DNA of 64,000 nucleotides, from assembly GCF_006345805.1 (NCBI RefSeq), contig NC_043005.1, forward strand, positions 7,254,001 to 7,318,000, in the 5' to 3' direction. Of the stretch, positions 39,701 to 54,103 are shown in pieces; within the stretch, counting starts at the first letter, position 1, and the number at the start of each line of letters is the position of its first letter. The translations under genes and the position numbers were made by a program. Source of the stretch: Octopus sinensis (lineage: Eukaryota). The notes beneath the pieces were generated by a model. That model saw only the letters and a list, made by a program, of their open reading frames with translations, had not been told where the DNA came from and made no database searches.

Positions 39701-40504
39701 ACTTTCTAAATGTTGTAAAACAAACTATTTACAATTATGAATAACTGAATAACTCAGATTAGTTTGGCACTGAAATATTAGAATACATTGAAAGCTAACT
39801 TGTTCATAGACTTTTGTTTCTATATCACTTTCCTTAAGTTATGTTAAGTGTAATACAGAAGGCCTGAGAAATCGGTAGTAATGGAAGAGACAATGACTAT
39901 ACAGGAACATTATAGGAATAACAATTTTTCTGAAATTCCCTTTATATTTAAAATTAGGTTGTCTTTACAAAACAAAAACTAGAGTAGCTGTTAAAGGTAG
40001 AATGTTATCAAATGATGTACAGGAAAATTTTTAAAATCCATTTGAAAAGCAACACAAATGAAACAGTTGTGATTTAACAGAAGTCATTTTTGTTTAATAC
40101 ATAGGTTCAGGAAGAGAGACAGAGTCTATAGCTTTTGTATACTGAGGTTGACTGAATGGAAAATGTAGGTTGGGAGGGATTTCAGATTTTAGACCAGGAG
40201 AAATATTGAGAGAAGTGTTTTAGTATCAGTTTAGAAAATGAAATATTGTAGCATTCCTAACTTTTCTACCATTGGGTACCCCTGACAAATCAACAAATAA
40301 ATAACTGTGATGAAATAAATATTACTATTACACCATGCCTTTCTTGGGGTTATTTAAACTTATTTTAGCATATTCATTTTAACTAAATAGAAATTTGCTT
40401 TGTTCTTTTTTCACTAAAGATGGAATTAGACTTTCCATTCAATCTCTAATTCCACACCAATTTAAATATATCATAATTTTGTGTTGAACCTAGAAATTTT
40501 AAAG

Positions 40505-40723
40505 CCCTTCTTTACCATATCTCTGTTAAAATACACTTAATCTGTATCAAATGATTTTCAAACTGTGAAGAATTTGATAAAATAATTGTCAATATTAATC
40601 TAGTGTTTGGAACATAAATTAACATGAAATTTTGATGGAGAATTTATAATTTAGATCTCATTAAAACCAAAAATTTGTATTATAGAACAAAGAGTAGTTT
40701 CAGACAGGTTGGTATTAAAAGAG
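40505..40723 (-). mobile_element. Highly diverged relative of MITE family A
   Basis: ctagtgtttggaacataaatt and ggttggtattaaaagagttaa align with reverse copies of family A. Confidence 0.55.
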
Positions 40724-42133
40724 TTAAAGTTGTAAATGACTTTGTGAGAAGTGGAGTTCTAAAATATGATTTACCAAGGAAAGAATTTTAGTCTGTTAGC
40801 AATACATTTTATAAGGAAAACAAGAATATCCCATTTCCTTTCCCTTGTAAATCAGTGACTTATTGTTATGTAAAGTCATATATAGCAAAGTATGAGCAAC
40901 TATGTATAACCCACAGGTACATAAACCTGTGCACAATAATTCAGTAGAACAATGTTGTGGAGTATTTTGATTTAATAGGTGTGATGATAATGATGCCTTT
41001 ATTCACTTCAAGGGCAGCAGAACATAACACTGCATTATTATACAATTATGAAGTACATGAAACTTACTGCATGATTATTTGCTCATTTTACTTTCTTTTG
41101 TGCCACATCAGACAAGGAAGATTTGGAATTTTATCAGTAGAACCAAAATGTATTTATAAAAGCAGAAAGTAAATAATCTGCTATTAAGGCTGCACATTAT
41201 TTTGATTTGGCAGCTAAATATATGAAACAGCTTTACTACTAGGGTTTTGTAGCATTTAACTCCATTGAAGATTCTTGCTGCTTTTTCTCTCTTTTTTTAG
41301 GTTTGATTTCTCTTCTATATTTATTGTCAATTAGTTCTTCATGCTTACAGAATATTTTTGTAGATTCCACTCATTTTGCTACTATACTTCCTATTGTTTG
41401 ATGCTAGTTTAAAATCTTTCTTTCAAATAACTAATTGCACATACTGCACAACTTATTACAGCTTACATTTTTTTTACTTTCATTTCTTTTCTTGGTAAAA
41501 ACATTCTGAACAAATTAGAGTTTGTTTTGTTTTTATCATTTTCCCTGTATTTTTTTTTATCTTTAGTTTGTATTCATTTAGAATAATTGATTTGCATTGT
41601 CACTACTCCATGGCCAGCCAAGTTCAAACACACAAGTAATCAAGTGATTTTTAATGAAACCACATAAAAGAGAGTACCATACATCCTTGATAAGAATCTG
41701 AAAGAAAGCAAAGCTGAGTTTGTTAGTCAAATATATGGAAGAAACTGAAAGCTTATTCATAAGATTAAAAGCACTTGAGAAACATTAATATTTCATAAGA
41801 AATATGCATAATTATCCACATAACGAATTCTTCATTCTCATAAAATGTATTAAGTTGTTATTTATGTAATGTTAGAATTTTGAATGTTTGGGCTACATTG
41901 TTTCAAAAAAAGCTACATGTTCCATATGCTACACATGTTTCACATGCTAAATGAGTATACTGAAATACTAGAGAAAACATTTTGTTGCTTTTAATGACTT
42001 TTCTATGACATGTCTGAATTTTTCTTCAAATTCACACAATTGAAATAAATCTTTTAAACTTCCTACTGCTAAATTTATCATGGACATTTGTCCATGATAA
42101 ATTTATGTAAAAAGATTTTGTTGTACTCCAAAA

Positions 42134-43319
42134 ACTTATATATAAAATAGACCTCTGTGTGTTCACTTTTCTCGCAAAAACAGTTGCACAAATTGGTTCC
42201 ATACTTGGGGTGCATGAATAATTTGACCTGGGATACAATAATATGGTCTTCATTTATTTTTATATTAAAAATAAATAATATTGCTTTATATAAGGTGAAC
42301 TTTTTGAAAAGGCTTTTCAATGTCAACTTCTGGTACTGACATAGCAACTGTGGCTAGCCAGACACACACACATGTATGCCTGACATAGCAACTCCCCTTC
42401 CTTATTCTCTCTCTCTCTCTCTTTCTTCCTCAGTCTATCAATAACTCAACTTCTTTTGATGTTACAAATGTCTATTTTTAATATTTGGGAGGCGTATTCC
42501 CTATCTAATTTCTCACTGTACTTCCTCTCTTTCTATTTCTTACTCTATCATTCTCTCTTCATTCTGTCAACCATTCAGTCTAGCATTTCTGGTACCAAAA
42601 AACTTATTACAGTTACTTTCATTGTTCACAATCTTCTGTACCGGTGTATTTGTGTATCTGTAAATAACATTGCCTAGAAGGAAGGTGTCAGATTTGTCCC
42701 CAGTGTCAAGGTCAGCCAAAAGAGATGTCTCTATCAAGGGAAAGAGAGACAGAAGAAAAGAGGGAAACATGACAAGAAAGGAACAGACTGTGCACTACAG
42801 CAGCCAGAGCATCTGGGAATGTTGAGACAAGAGTTGCGCATCAAAAAAAAGAAAAACAGTTGTGTACTGGTGCTGCCTGAGCATCTCAAAGTGTTGAACA
42901 GAGGTATGCATGCCTGGCAAGGAATAGGATCTCCACTGCAGAAGGAAGAGCAGTTACAACAGCTCAAAGAAGCAACTTCTATGAAGCAGTTTTCAACTAT
43001 GATCCAGCATTTTAATTATGGAGATGACACTAAAGTTTCCATTGGTGCAATGACAACTGAGTGCATACACTGTAAAGCAAGGAAGCGGCCTGAAGAGACA
43101 CTTGGGCTGTGCTGCTGCAGTGGAAAGGTTAAACTCCCTGCAATGCCCCAGCCTCCAGAGCCGTGAATAAGACGTGCATGTAATGTACAGAAGTGTAAAA
43201 CCATTGAGTGTTAAAAGTATTACTTTCTGAGAAATACACTAATCTTACACTACAAGCAAAGAGTACTGCGTTAAGGCTTATGAATTTATAACCCAAGTGA
43301 AACCAGGTCCTTCTGCTTG
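42134..43319 (+). mobile_element. Internally deleted Helitron with N-terminal Rep/Hel fragment
   Basis: 5' end cttatatataaaa; ORF 42819-43166 ends IGAMTTECIHCKARKRPEETLGLCCCSGKVKLPAMPQPPEP (Helitron CxxC/CC..GKV.LP...PPEP motif); decayed 3' hairpin cccaagtgaaaccagg and CTTG|T. Confidence 0.75.
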
Positions 43320-43691
43320 TATATAAGTCAGTTGTTTATGAGACCTGTTTAAATTCATAATTATTTTAGCACTTTCAGACATTCCAGAGTTTATTCTTGT
43401 CAGAAATATAGTGATGAAATGGTTGTAATGTTGAATTCTTCCAAAATGGAATGAATTGTGACAGGTCTGCAGTACAGCTCCCTCCATACTGCGCAAACCT
43501 ATCTTGTCTCATCTGTCAAGCTAGATGTTCTAAAACTTTATATAAATACTCCTCAGTCTTGATTGGTTTTTTTTACTGAGTTCTTTTTACTATTAAATTT
43601 CAAAAACACTTCCACTTAGCTGCAATTGTATATCTGCACCAATGTATGCATCTCTTTTATATGTAAGAAGAGTTTTACCTGTCATATGATA

Positions 43692-43921
43692 GGCGGCGAG
43701 ATGGCAGAAACGTTAGCGCACCGGGCAAAATGCTTAGCGGTATTTCGCCTGTCGTTACGTTGTGAGTTCAAATTCCGCCGAGGTCGACTTTGCCTTTCAT
43801 CCTTTCGGGGTTGATAAATAAAGTACCAATTTCGCACTGGGATCGATGTAATCGACTTAATCCATTTGTCTGTCCTTGTTTGTCCCCTCTATGTTTAGCC
43901 CCTTGAGGGTAGTAAAGAAAT
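43692..43921 (+). mobile_element. SINE family 2
   Basis: Full length; direct repeat atatgata(gg) at about 43684 and 43922. Confidence 0.9.
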
Positions 43922-46049
43922 ATATGATAGGTAAGTTTAGAAGTATACTTTTACCACAATTGATAACATCAGGAAATATGTTATACATGTAATAATTATA
44001 GTTTAACTATTATTAAATTTCTTGATGCTTATACAAAACGATGAAATGAATACTAATATTCAAAAGAAAAATATTTATTACCTTAAAATAAAATTAGATA
44101 AAACTCTTCCCTTAACTGTCATTTACTTATTCTCCTCCTCCTCCTCCTCTTGCCACCAAACCTATACATGTACTCATCCTACAACTCTTATACTAACTCT
44201 CCCTTTACCTCTTTTTTTACTCTCTCTCTCTCTCTCTCTCTCTAATGACTGGAGAAATCAACGAACCAACTTTTATCCCAGCAATTATTATATAGAGGTA
44301 AATGATGTCCAGCCACTACCTAAATAAGTAGTTCATATCCATCTTATTCTTTATAATTGCTGTAAATCCTCCATATTCACTCTTTCCCATTGTAATATAG
44401 CCTAATTTTTAAGTGTGGAATCCTTTGTTGTCAATAAAAATCTAAGTTCTTTTGATTTCATTCAATTTCACTTTGATCATTAAATTTGTATTTTAATAAC
44501 ATCACATTACTGCTACTTTCAATAAATCACCCAATCAGAAATCTAATAAATTTTTTCTATAAAAGAATTGATATGAAGCTCAATAGAACACAGGCCAGTT
44601 GATAAATTACAAAACAGCATAAATAGACATTTTGTTAAACTTTAAGGCTCCACGCATATGGCTAAACTGATAATGATGTTATTGTTTTCTTTTTGTTTTT
44701 GTTTTAATATCTTTATTGATAAAGCCTCTGGTCTTGGAATACTTTGCTTGGAAAATAGCATTCATCTAATAAAAGAAATGCTTACACAAAGTTATATGCA
44801 AACCCTTTTCATACGTGCTATATAGAAGAACTGGAAGTATATACAAGTTTAGTGCAATAGCACTAGACAACTTTGAATAAAAGTTACTTTTAATTCATAG
44901 GGTGCTAGGATACTGTTCATATGATTATAAGTTCAAATCATTACCACAGCTACTATGGGTAACCTCTAAGCAAAGCAGAGTGATGTATATTCTTCTGTCT
45001 TACAAATAGAAAATTGTTCTCCTAGATGAGTTTTTGGTGGTAAGAACTGTAAAGAATCTGCTCCAATAGATCCATTTAAGAATTGCGAAATAGAAAAATA
45101 AATGTAAAACAGTAACAAGGTAGTTCTTGTTTTATTCTTTGGATCCCTATGTTTTCAACAATAGGGATTCTGATTTCTCAAATAAAGAAAGTTTAAGATT
45201 TCAACCTTCCCTTTTTCACTTTATTACCTTTTTTTAAAAAAAGGTATCCCACCATCCCAGTTTTCAGGTTACTACATCTCTGCTGTACAACTACCCAGGT
45301 ATTATTAAACATGGCCTTTCATTTATGCATTCCTAAATGTCTGTTAAACAAGACAACATTTAGAAGGCCTCAACTATTATCATCTGAGTTAGAAATAAGT
45401 TATAATTCCCTCAACTTTTTCTTTATTTAAATAATTTCTGTGGCTTATAATTTTGTTAAAACTTTTTTGTAAAAAACCCAGTTTTTTGGGAAAAAATGTT
45501 TTTCAAAATATCTATTTTATAAAATCTCCCTCCCCTAAATTAAATCCTGTAAAACTTTAAATATGTCCCTTTCATTTGTACATGCATAGATGCTGCTATT
45601 AGATAAAAGAAAACAATTAATAAACCACTACACAGCATTTAGGAGACCTCAGTGTGGTCACTTGGCATACTAGAAACAATAGTCAAATCTTCTTCAAACC
45701 CTTCATACCCCCTTCTTTTTTTATGTTTATTTTACAGAGATTCTAATTTTCTAAAAGAAAAAAAAAACAGGATTATAAAATTTTAATTATTTACATCCCA
45801 CTACCTTTTTTTGTTTAGAAATTATAATTCTAAAAGACACTTCTTTTTCAAAATTCTTTCATACTCCATAAATTCTGTTGTATGAAGCTTTTTAAGTAGG
45901 CCTTCTCATTTGCATGTACTATTATTTTGAACAGATAAAAAAGAAAATTTAATAAATGAGAATTTAAAAAAAAGAGAAAACTTATTTGTCTTGCAAAATA
46001 TGTTTATGATACTTATATTTTGTGTGAGAGCTTACTACCCTGTGTTGAT

Positions 46050-46290
46050 AGTGGTGGTGTAGTTTTGTTGGTGACGATGTTGATGTTGGTAGTGATGGTG
46101 TTGGTGGTGGTAGTGATGGTAATAATGGTGTTATTGATGGGAAATGGCATTGGTGGTTGTAGTTGTCTTGTTGTCTGTGTTAGTGATAGTGGTGGTGGTT
46201 GTATTGGTAATGGGGGTGGTAGTGGTAGTGTTGATGGTTGTGGTGTTATTCTTGTTATTGGCAATGCTGGTAATAATGGTTTTGGTGATG
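46050..46290. repeat. GGT/GTT-rich low-complexity tract
   Basis: Degenerate (GGT)n; produces the V/G-rich and P/T-rich pseudo-ORFs. Confidence 0.85.
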
Positions 46291-48959
46291 GTGTCGGTGG
46301 GTCTAATCTACCCTTCTAAAATACTGAAACAACAGTTTAGATTAAGCAATACAATTCATCAACAATACCACCATCATCACCAAAACTATCTCCAAAAATC
46401 TTTCAAAGTAAAAACAAAAACTTGGAGAATAAGTGAAATTGAAATGTTAAAATGTTGTCTTTTTGGCAAAATCAAAATCTCCATTGATGAAAACATAGGA
46501 ATTTCGAAGAAATTATTTTAAAAACAAAAAGTAGGTGTGTGAGGTTTGAGGGAAATTCGGTTGACATTTCTAGCATGTTTAGTGACCATATTGAGGCATC
46601 TTAAAAGTCATATTCTGGTTTGACAATCAACTATGCATGTGCAAAATAAATAAACATTTTAAAATATTCATATTTTTGTTGTGACAGATGGGTGTGGCTA
46701 TTCCAAAATCTTAGAAGATGGGCTGGGAGATCTTTTTTTTTTTTAAATGGAATTTTGAAAAACCTTTCCTTCATAATCTCCATATTTTTTCTTTGGGGAA
46801 TTAAAGGGAGGTTCTGGATAAAGCAAAAACAAAAGAAATGTGGGAGAACTTTAAAATTTTGAAATACTTTTTGTTTTCTTTGGCAAAATTGGAATTTGTT
46901 CCAAAAACAGGAATCTGAAGAAAAAGAAAAACAGAAAGAGGCGGGTATATATTCAGCATATCTTCCAAAATAGTAAGAATGACTACAGATATATCACAAC
47001 CCCTACAGTCATTATATTATATAGAATAAGCAAATTATCCCATTCATGTGCCTGATTGAGTGTGAAAAGATGTCTCAATATCCCAACCTTGCTTGATTCT
47101 GATAATTCATTGGCTATTTGTTTGCTCTGAAACTTAAAATCTTCCTTCTATTTCCTGTGGTTTAAATCATCTCATGTATCTATCCTACTTGTTAATAGGT
47201 ACAATTGTTCAAGCTATTTAAAAGGATATGATATTTAAATGTTTATATGAAAAATATTTAAATAGTACATGAAATACATTTACAAGCAAACTTATATAGA
47301 AAAGCATTGGGAAAAAAAAAGAACTTTTTACTCATATTATAAAGACTAAAATATTTAAAATTTTAACTGAAATAATGCAAAACATATTTGACATTTGATC
47401 TTTAAGTGAACTGGGGATTAACTTAAAATTTCTAAACCACACATTTCTATTGTGATTTCTGTTGGCATTACCACTTTTTGCCTTCTTTTCTTCCTTGTTT
47501 GACCATTTCCAAGTAAACTACTGACATGTCTATTTGCTGTTTGCATTATGTTACTCTGTATTATAAGTGCAGGATTACAGTTAATGGCTATCCACCTGAT
47601 GATAGGTGGCTCATATTAATGCCTGCTAGCCAACTACTTACCATTTCTAGTTCAATGTCTTCCACTTCCACTAACATGATGATCAGCTGTCAGGAAGATA
47701 TCAGCTGCCAGTCATGTAGGAAATATTAAGATTCTTACTGCTGTTTCTTGCTTCTTTTTCAATTACTTTACTTCTATTTGCTAGAAGTCACCACAGTATT
47801 GTCTAATAAGAAACATTGATTCTGCTTGGTATTTCCCTCTGGTACTGACATTTAGGACTCAGTGTATGGGAGATAAAAGGATGTAAGGACATACTGAAAG
47901 CATGATAGTGATAGAATATTGAGAATATTAAGCTGAAAATTATGCTTATGGTAGTAGCACTGTTTCTGATTAGTAACAACAGGATTTAAGAATACAGTGT
48001 GAAAACAAAGTGATGTCAGTTTATATAAACTGGTGTGTCTTTCAGTCAGGTGAAAGTTTTCAAAGACATTAAAGTATGCTTTAATTATTTATTTACTTAT
48101 TTATTCCAGACTTTATTTTCCAGATTTTATTTCTCTTTAATTTCTTTAATATGATTAAACTTTTCCACCTCCCATTTACTTTCAAAATGGAGTATAAACA
48201 CGTAAAGCTGATTTTTACTTATTTATTTATTTTGTTAGTTTTTGTCTTCTAATGAACTTAGTTGGGGAAAATTAGATGGAACATATAATCAGGAGTGTTT
48301 TCTGAGTTGTGTAGGTATGTTATCATCATCATCATCAACATAACCCTTTAACATCTGTTTTCCATGCTGGCATGGGTTAGATGGTTTGACAGGAACTAGT
48401 GAGCCAGAGGGATGTACCAAGCCCTACTGTCTACTTTGGCATGCTTTCTGTGACTGGATGCCCTGCTTAATGCCAAGATAGAGATTAAATGAATTAGTAA
48501 TGTGTTGGGTACTCAGGGTACCCCTCTCAAGAATTTTCAAATTCTGGAAGTATTGTTTTGTACAAAGGCTTGATAAGTAGTTTATGTTGTTTCTTAAAGG
48601 GGTAGATAACAAGGAATTGTAAAAAATTTGGCTCATGTAGTTAGAATAATGCAAGTGAGATTCTGGAAGGTCCATGGATAGTGGTTGTCATGATCTGAAT
48701 CTGTCTTAAGAAGGTTTGTGGTATCTTAAAACGTTTCCAACATTGCATACAAGAGTTTATAACATGTGACTTCACTTCTGTTTTTATTTAGCTTTTGAAT
48801 TATGAACGAATTTGGCCAGTTTTCAGACTCAATGAATTTCACAGTATTACTTATCAGACTAGTCAGGCCATAACCCGTGGCCCCTACCTGGGACGTAGTC
48901 AGTCCACCTGTGCACACCTTCCTTCTTGTGACACTTGTGAAGACCTGTTGAGGCAAGTG

Positions 48960-49545
48960 AAAATCAAATCAAATCAAATCAAAAAATCAAACAAAATCAA
49001 AATAGATGAACATCAATGGAATTTGTATCTTTGTGGTACCAGTGCCGGTGGCACACGAGAAAACCACCCGAACGTGGCCGTAGCCAGTGCCGCACCGACT
49101 GGCCTCCATGCTGTGGGCACGTAACAATCACCATCCGATTGTGGCCGATCGCCAGCCTCATCTGGCTCCTGTGTTGGTGGCACATAAAAAACACCATCCA
49201 AGCATGGTCGTCTGCTAGCCTTGTCTGGCACCTGTGTCGGTGGCACATAAAAACACCATCCGAGCGTGGCCGTTCGCCAGCCTCGTCTGGCACCTGTGTC
49301 GGTGGCACATAAAAACACCATCCGAGCGTGGCCGTTCGCCAGCCTCGTCTAGCACCTGTGTCGGTGGCACATAAAATCACCCACTACACTCTCGGAGTGG
49401 TTGGCATTAGGAAGGGCATCCAGCTGTAGAAACACTGCCAGATCTGACTGGCCTGGTGCAGCCTTCGGGCTCCCCAGACCCCAGTTGAACCGTCCAACCC
49501 ATGCTAGCATGGAAAGCGGACGTAAAATGATGATGATGATGATGA
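48960..49545 (+). mobile_element. (GAT)n-tailed retroposon with expanded ~61-bp internal tandem array
   Basis: About five units of ggtggcacataaaaacaccatccgagcgtggccgttcgccagcctcgtctggcacctgtgtc, then the family 3' end. Confidence 0.88.
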
Positions 49546-51824
49546 CTTATCATAGATACAATGAGGGCAGTCATTCCTTCAGTCTCTCAGTGTTAAAAGT
49601 GTATTTGACTTGAAAGCTTGGAATATCATTTCTATATTGCACTTCTGGTGTCTGTTGGAAGGAAGGGGTTAAAATTATGGTCTAGGTGGGAAATGCATCT
49701 TTTCATTTGATGTTTTTGGCTTCTTTGTGTTGTTTTTGATAAGTCATCATCATTTAATGCTCACTTTTCCATGTTGGTATGGGCCAGATGAAATTTTTCG
49801 AGACCAATTTTCTATGACCAGATGCCCTCCTGCTTGCTAACCCACACCTGTTTCCAAGTAGGGTAATATTTTCCTATGGTCATACGTTTTTTTCACAGAA
49901 AACTAGAAACAAATGGCCACTTGTGTGATGGTGGTGCTTGTTTAGAATCATCACAGAATGTCAACACGACATATATATATATATATACATATGTCAGGCT
50001 TCTTTCAGTTTCTTTTCACCAAATCCACTCACATGGCTTTTGTCACTTTAAGGCTATAGTAGAAGATACTTGCCCAAGGTACCACACTGTGAGACTGAAC
50101 CCAAAACCACATGATTGAAGAGCACAGCCATGCCTGGTTGTTGTTTGCCATTGGAAATTGAATATGTTTGGATCCTTAGTATGGTCTGGTTGTTGTTGAT
50201 GATGCTACTTACTTTGTATTGAATTTTACTTCTTGTTTAATTCTTTCTGTTGAATACAAGTTTCCATGCAAGTTTTCTCTTCCTTTTGTCCTATATTTTT
50301 CTTATTCCCTTGTTTAGTTGTTTGATGCTGAGTTTTATTTTTGTTGTATTCTTGCAGTTATTTTTGCCTTGTGGTATTTATTTTAGGAACTGTTCATAAT
50401 ATAGTTGTAGAATGTATGTACCACTTATGTTGGGAATTGTGAACGTCTTCCTACATTTTGCTGCAACTGTTAATTTGGTTGTAAGTCACAGTCGATCCCC
50501 TTCAAGAGTGACATGCCTCAATCCACCCCACTTACCCCACTCATGCTTTTTCTCCTTTATCTTTATTTCTTTTAATTATTTCCTTCTCTTGTCCTTTAAT
50601 TTTCTGTAAATTCCTTTACTTGGTCGCTCATCATTATTGTTCTTTGAAAATTTATCAACTTTCATTTGTTAATTTATGACTCACTATATGCTGATACTCA
50701 AGTTTCAATTATCATTTTTATTTTTTCAACAGGCAACTGTCTGGTACTATGAAATAAAGGTTCCAAATTCACTAATAACCTCATTTAGTGCAATTAAGTT
50801 AATCTGTCTTCGATACTGTCCTACACTATTCCTCACATACATATCAGAAGGGTCTCTTCCTCTCTATATTTATGCAAGCTCTTCCCTCTTTTAGTTGTAA
50901 CATATATATATGTATATATATATATCATAACTCACCGGATATCAGTTGTATTACTTTTTTTACCTTTGTCTGAGCAGATGAATGTAGATCACATGTAATA
51001 TATTATATTATGCCACAATCATTTATATTCAGGTTGTGTCTGAACCATGTATTGTTGAAGCAATCATAATAAAGGAATAAATGTAATACCATCACCTCCA
51101 TTCTATATGTGTGTGTGTGTGTGTGCATGCGCACACACATACACACATTAGAGAGAAAGAGAGAGGGGGTTATACATGTTTATATATTTCTGAAGATACC
51201 TATATCTATATATCATCATTTTAACATCCACTTTTCCACGTTTGCATGGGCCAGATGAAATTCATTGAAGCAGGTTGTCTATAGCCAGATGCCCTTCCTG
51301 TCACCAATGCACATCCATTCCCAATTAGGGTAGTATTTCTCCACGACAGGGCATCTTTTCATGTAGATATATGTGTACATATGTGTGTGTGTGTGTATGC
51401 ATGCATTCCTGTGTCAATATATGTATATGTACACACGCACATAATTTTAGAGAGAGGTTTAGATTTAAAGGCAACGACAAAAAATCATATTTAGTAAAGC
51501 ATTGTATTTCTGTGTATCCAAAGGAAAATTATGAGAAGGATTCATATTATATCCTGAGTTTCATTTGGTTAGAATCTACAGTTGCTTAGTCACAGAGTAC
51601 ATTTAGAAAGATAGACCAAACAAGAGTTTGTTTATATAATATTTAGTTATATCATCTTACATATATAGAGAAATAGAAGCTGTTATCTTTAGTTGAAAAT
51701 CTTTAGTGAAAAAAATCTTTGGGAAAATGACACGAGTTATTAGTTGTTCCATTTCTGCAACAACATCTTATAACATTTCTATTCTAGTCATATTGTTGTA
51801 TTTAATTTATAATTTTTGTTTCAG

Positions 51825-51943
51825 ATGAAATTCCTGTTAGAGGTTTTATAGGGCATCTCGAAGAGGGAGGCTTTCTACCACACCATCATAAAATATATTT
51901 ATGGGCTCATTTGCACTTCAATATAGAATACAATGGGAATCAG
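51825..51943 (+). CDS. TM9SF1: TM9SF1-like coding exon D ((D)[39 protein letters not shown])
   Basis: tttcag acceptor, gtgagt donor at 51944; 119 nt, phase 1/0; continues exon C in frame; matches recalled TM9SF1 P.RGF.G..EE.GFLPH.HKI.LW.HL.F. Confidence 0.95.
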
Positions 51944-54103
51944 GTGAGTTTTGTTTTCTTAGATAACAGAATTTTTATCATGTTAACAACAAAATTACAT
52001 TTAAAGTAGTTCTTTTACATAGCAGCATTTGCATCCTCTGATAGACTGTGGAAGTACAAATGCCCAACCTTAACTGTTTGACAGAAGTTTTATAATTCTT
52101 TTCAGTTTCCTACAGACTAAAGAATTTTTTATTCTCTGAGGACAGTTTATAGTAAACAAAAGCTAAACCAGAAAATGCTTTTGCTCTCAGAAGTTCCCAA
52201 ATTTATAAAAAAAAAAGAAAACCATTAAAGTATTGCACTCCACACATGAACTATATCCCAAAATACCAAAGTTCCTACACTATTCAGCTCTGTGCCTCTT
52301 CTACCAAAGTGTTCCTTTGAACAATGAATTTGTATCTAATCCAATTTGATATAGTTAAACCCAAAAATCATTTCATATGCTTGTGTCACTTATGTTACAT
52401 TCTCCAAAATTTTATCAATTTACCTTGAAACTCTTATGAAATACTTTGTGTAACCTTAATCAAAACTGCACTCATGTTTTCACTCCAAATGTTACTGTGG
52501 AACAGTTATTGACTCTAGAACTGTTGAAATAACTATGTTACCTTTCATATTAATATCTGTGTCTATTCTGACCCTGACAGCTTATTAATGTGCCATACTA
52601 CTGTATATGACAATTAAGAGATTCTCTTTCTATTAGATGAATGTTGACTCCATTGTTAAGTTCGGAAAGTTACATGTACTTCTCAGTCTTTCTTAGCATG
52701 ACTAAATAAAAATGAAATGCACTTCCTATTATTTATGTTTCTTTGAATGCATAAAAAACTACCTACACTGTTTTTTTGTTGTTTTTTTAGTTACTGTTTT
52801 TCACACCAAAATTTTTGTTTTCTCTTTTCACTGAAAGTTACAAGAAATAATTTAATAATAATAATAAATAACTACAACACAACATAATAATTTATAAATC
52901 ATAGTTACAGAATAAATTTAAATTAACTATTTTTATACTCGAATACAATATAATTTAAATACACCTTATATATGTATATAATATAAAACTTGTATAACTC
53001 AATATCCTAAAATATTATACCTAATAACAAATAATAATAATAATAAATAACTACAACACAATTCTAATAGGTGGAAAGCATATGATTGATAAACTCAGTC
53101 ACAATAGAGCGGAAAGACTTATATATCTTGAGAGTAATGAAAGAAACTTTTATTTTTAAACTAAGAAATAAGAAAGTACCAATGTATTACCATAAAGCAT
53201 GTCCAATGTAACCTTTATAGTGACCAAAGGAAATGGGTATTGTTAACTGCACCTTGTAATAATCAGTTGTTAAATGTTTTATGTTATTATACAATAAATT
53301 AAAGAATTGATATTGATGATGTATTTCACGATTTCATCTGAAATATTGAAATTCCTAATTTCAATTCACTTGGCTTTTTTTTACTAGATTTACAATTTCA
53401 TAATTACCAGGAATTAAATATTGGAAGTTAACACATTATTTTTGTATTTTGTTAAAAAAATTAAATGGCTAATTTCTTACTATTTTCTTTTACATTTTCA
53501 ATGTTTTTGAAAATATAAAAATTTGGACTTGATAATCTTTATTTGACATGTAATATGAGTGAGATATATTAACCATTTCAAAAAATTAGTGCCTGTACAC
53601 TTAGAAAACTTTGACCTAACTATGGCTTACCAATACTGGGTAGAAAGTATTGTCTTTAGGATAGTGGAAGGGGAATGTAAGTAGCAAAAGGGACTGATTG
53701 ATAGATAAGAAAGAACTAATACATCAATGCTTATGTTGATTTTAAATCTAGCCATATATAAGCAGGTAACCAGTGTAGCTTCATAAATTATAAATGCATG
53801 CGTCTTCATAAAATAACACTCAACTTACTTGTAAATTTCAGAATAAGTCGCAAAGAGGTCAGGGAAAAATCTTTTTACAATGTTTGTATGACAATGTTTG
53901 TTACTCATGGTATTTAATTTATTGCTAATATATTTTTTCCCAACTTTTTGAGTTTTTTTAGTTTTTATAATGTAATTATTTAATAACTACACATATGCAA
54001 TATTATTTTTAGCACAAATTACTACTTACATTTGAAAAACTAATCTTTTCTGCAATACTGCCAATTTTCACATTACCCTGACCACAAATTGAGGATCTTT
54101 ACT

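Noticed and set aside
40981-41100. Intronic C/D snoRNA candidates starting at RTGATGA
   Set aside because: No suitably placed CTGA box or terminal stem here or at the other C-box-like sites checked.
41112-41168. Possible cryptic poison exon (cag...gtaaat) with an in-frame TAG in phase 1
   Set aside because: Such site pairs are expected by chance in 41 kb of AT-rich intron; RNA data are needed.
49027-49370. Regular ~61-bp repeats as a CRISPR-like array
   Set aside because: Units are contiguous with no unique spacers, lie inside a retroposon, and no cas genes are present.
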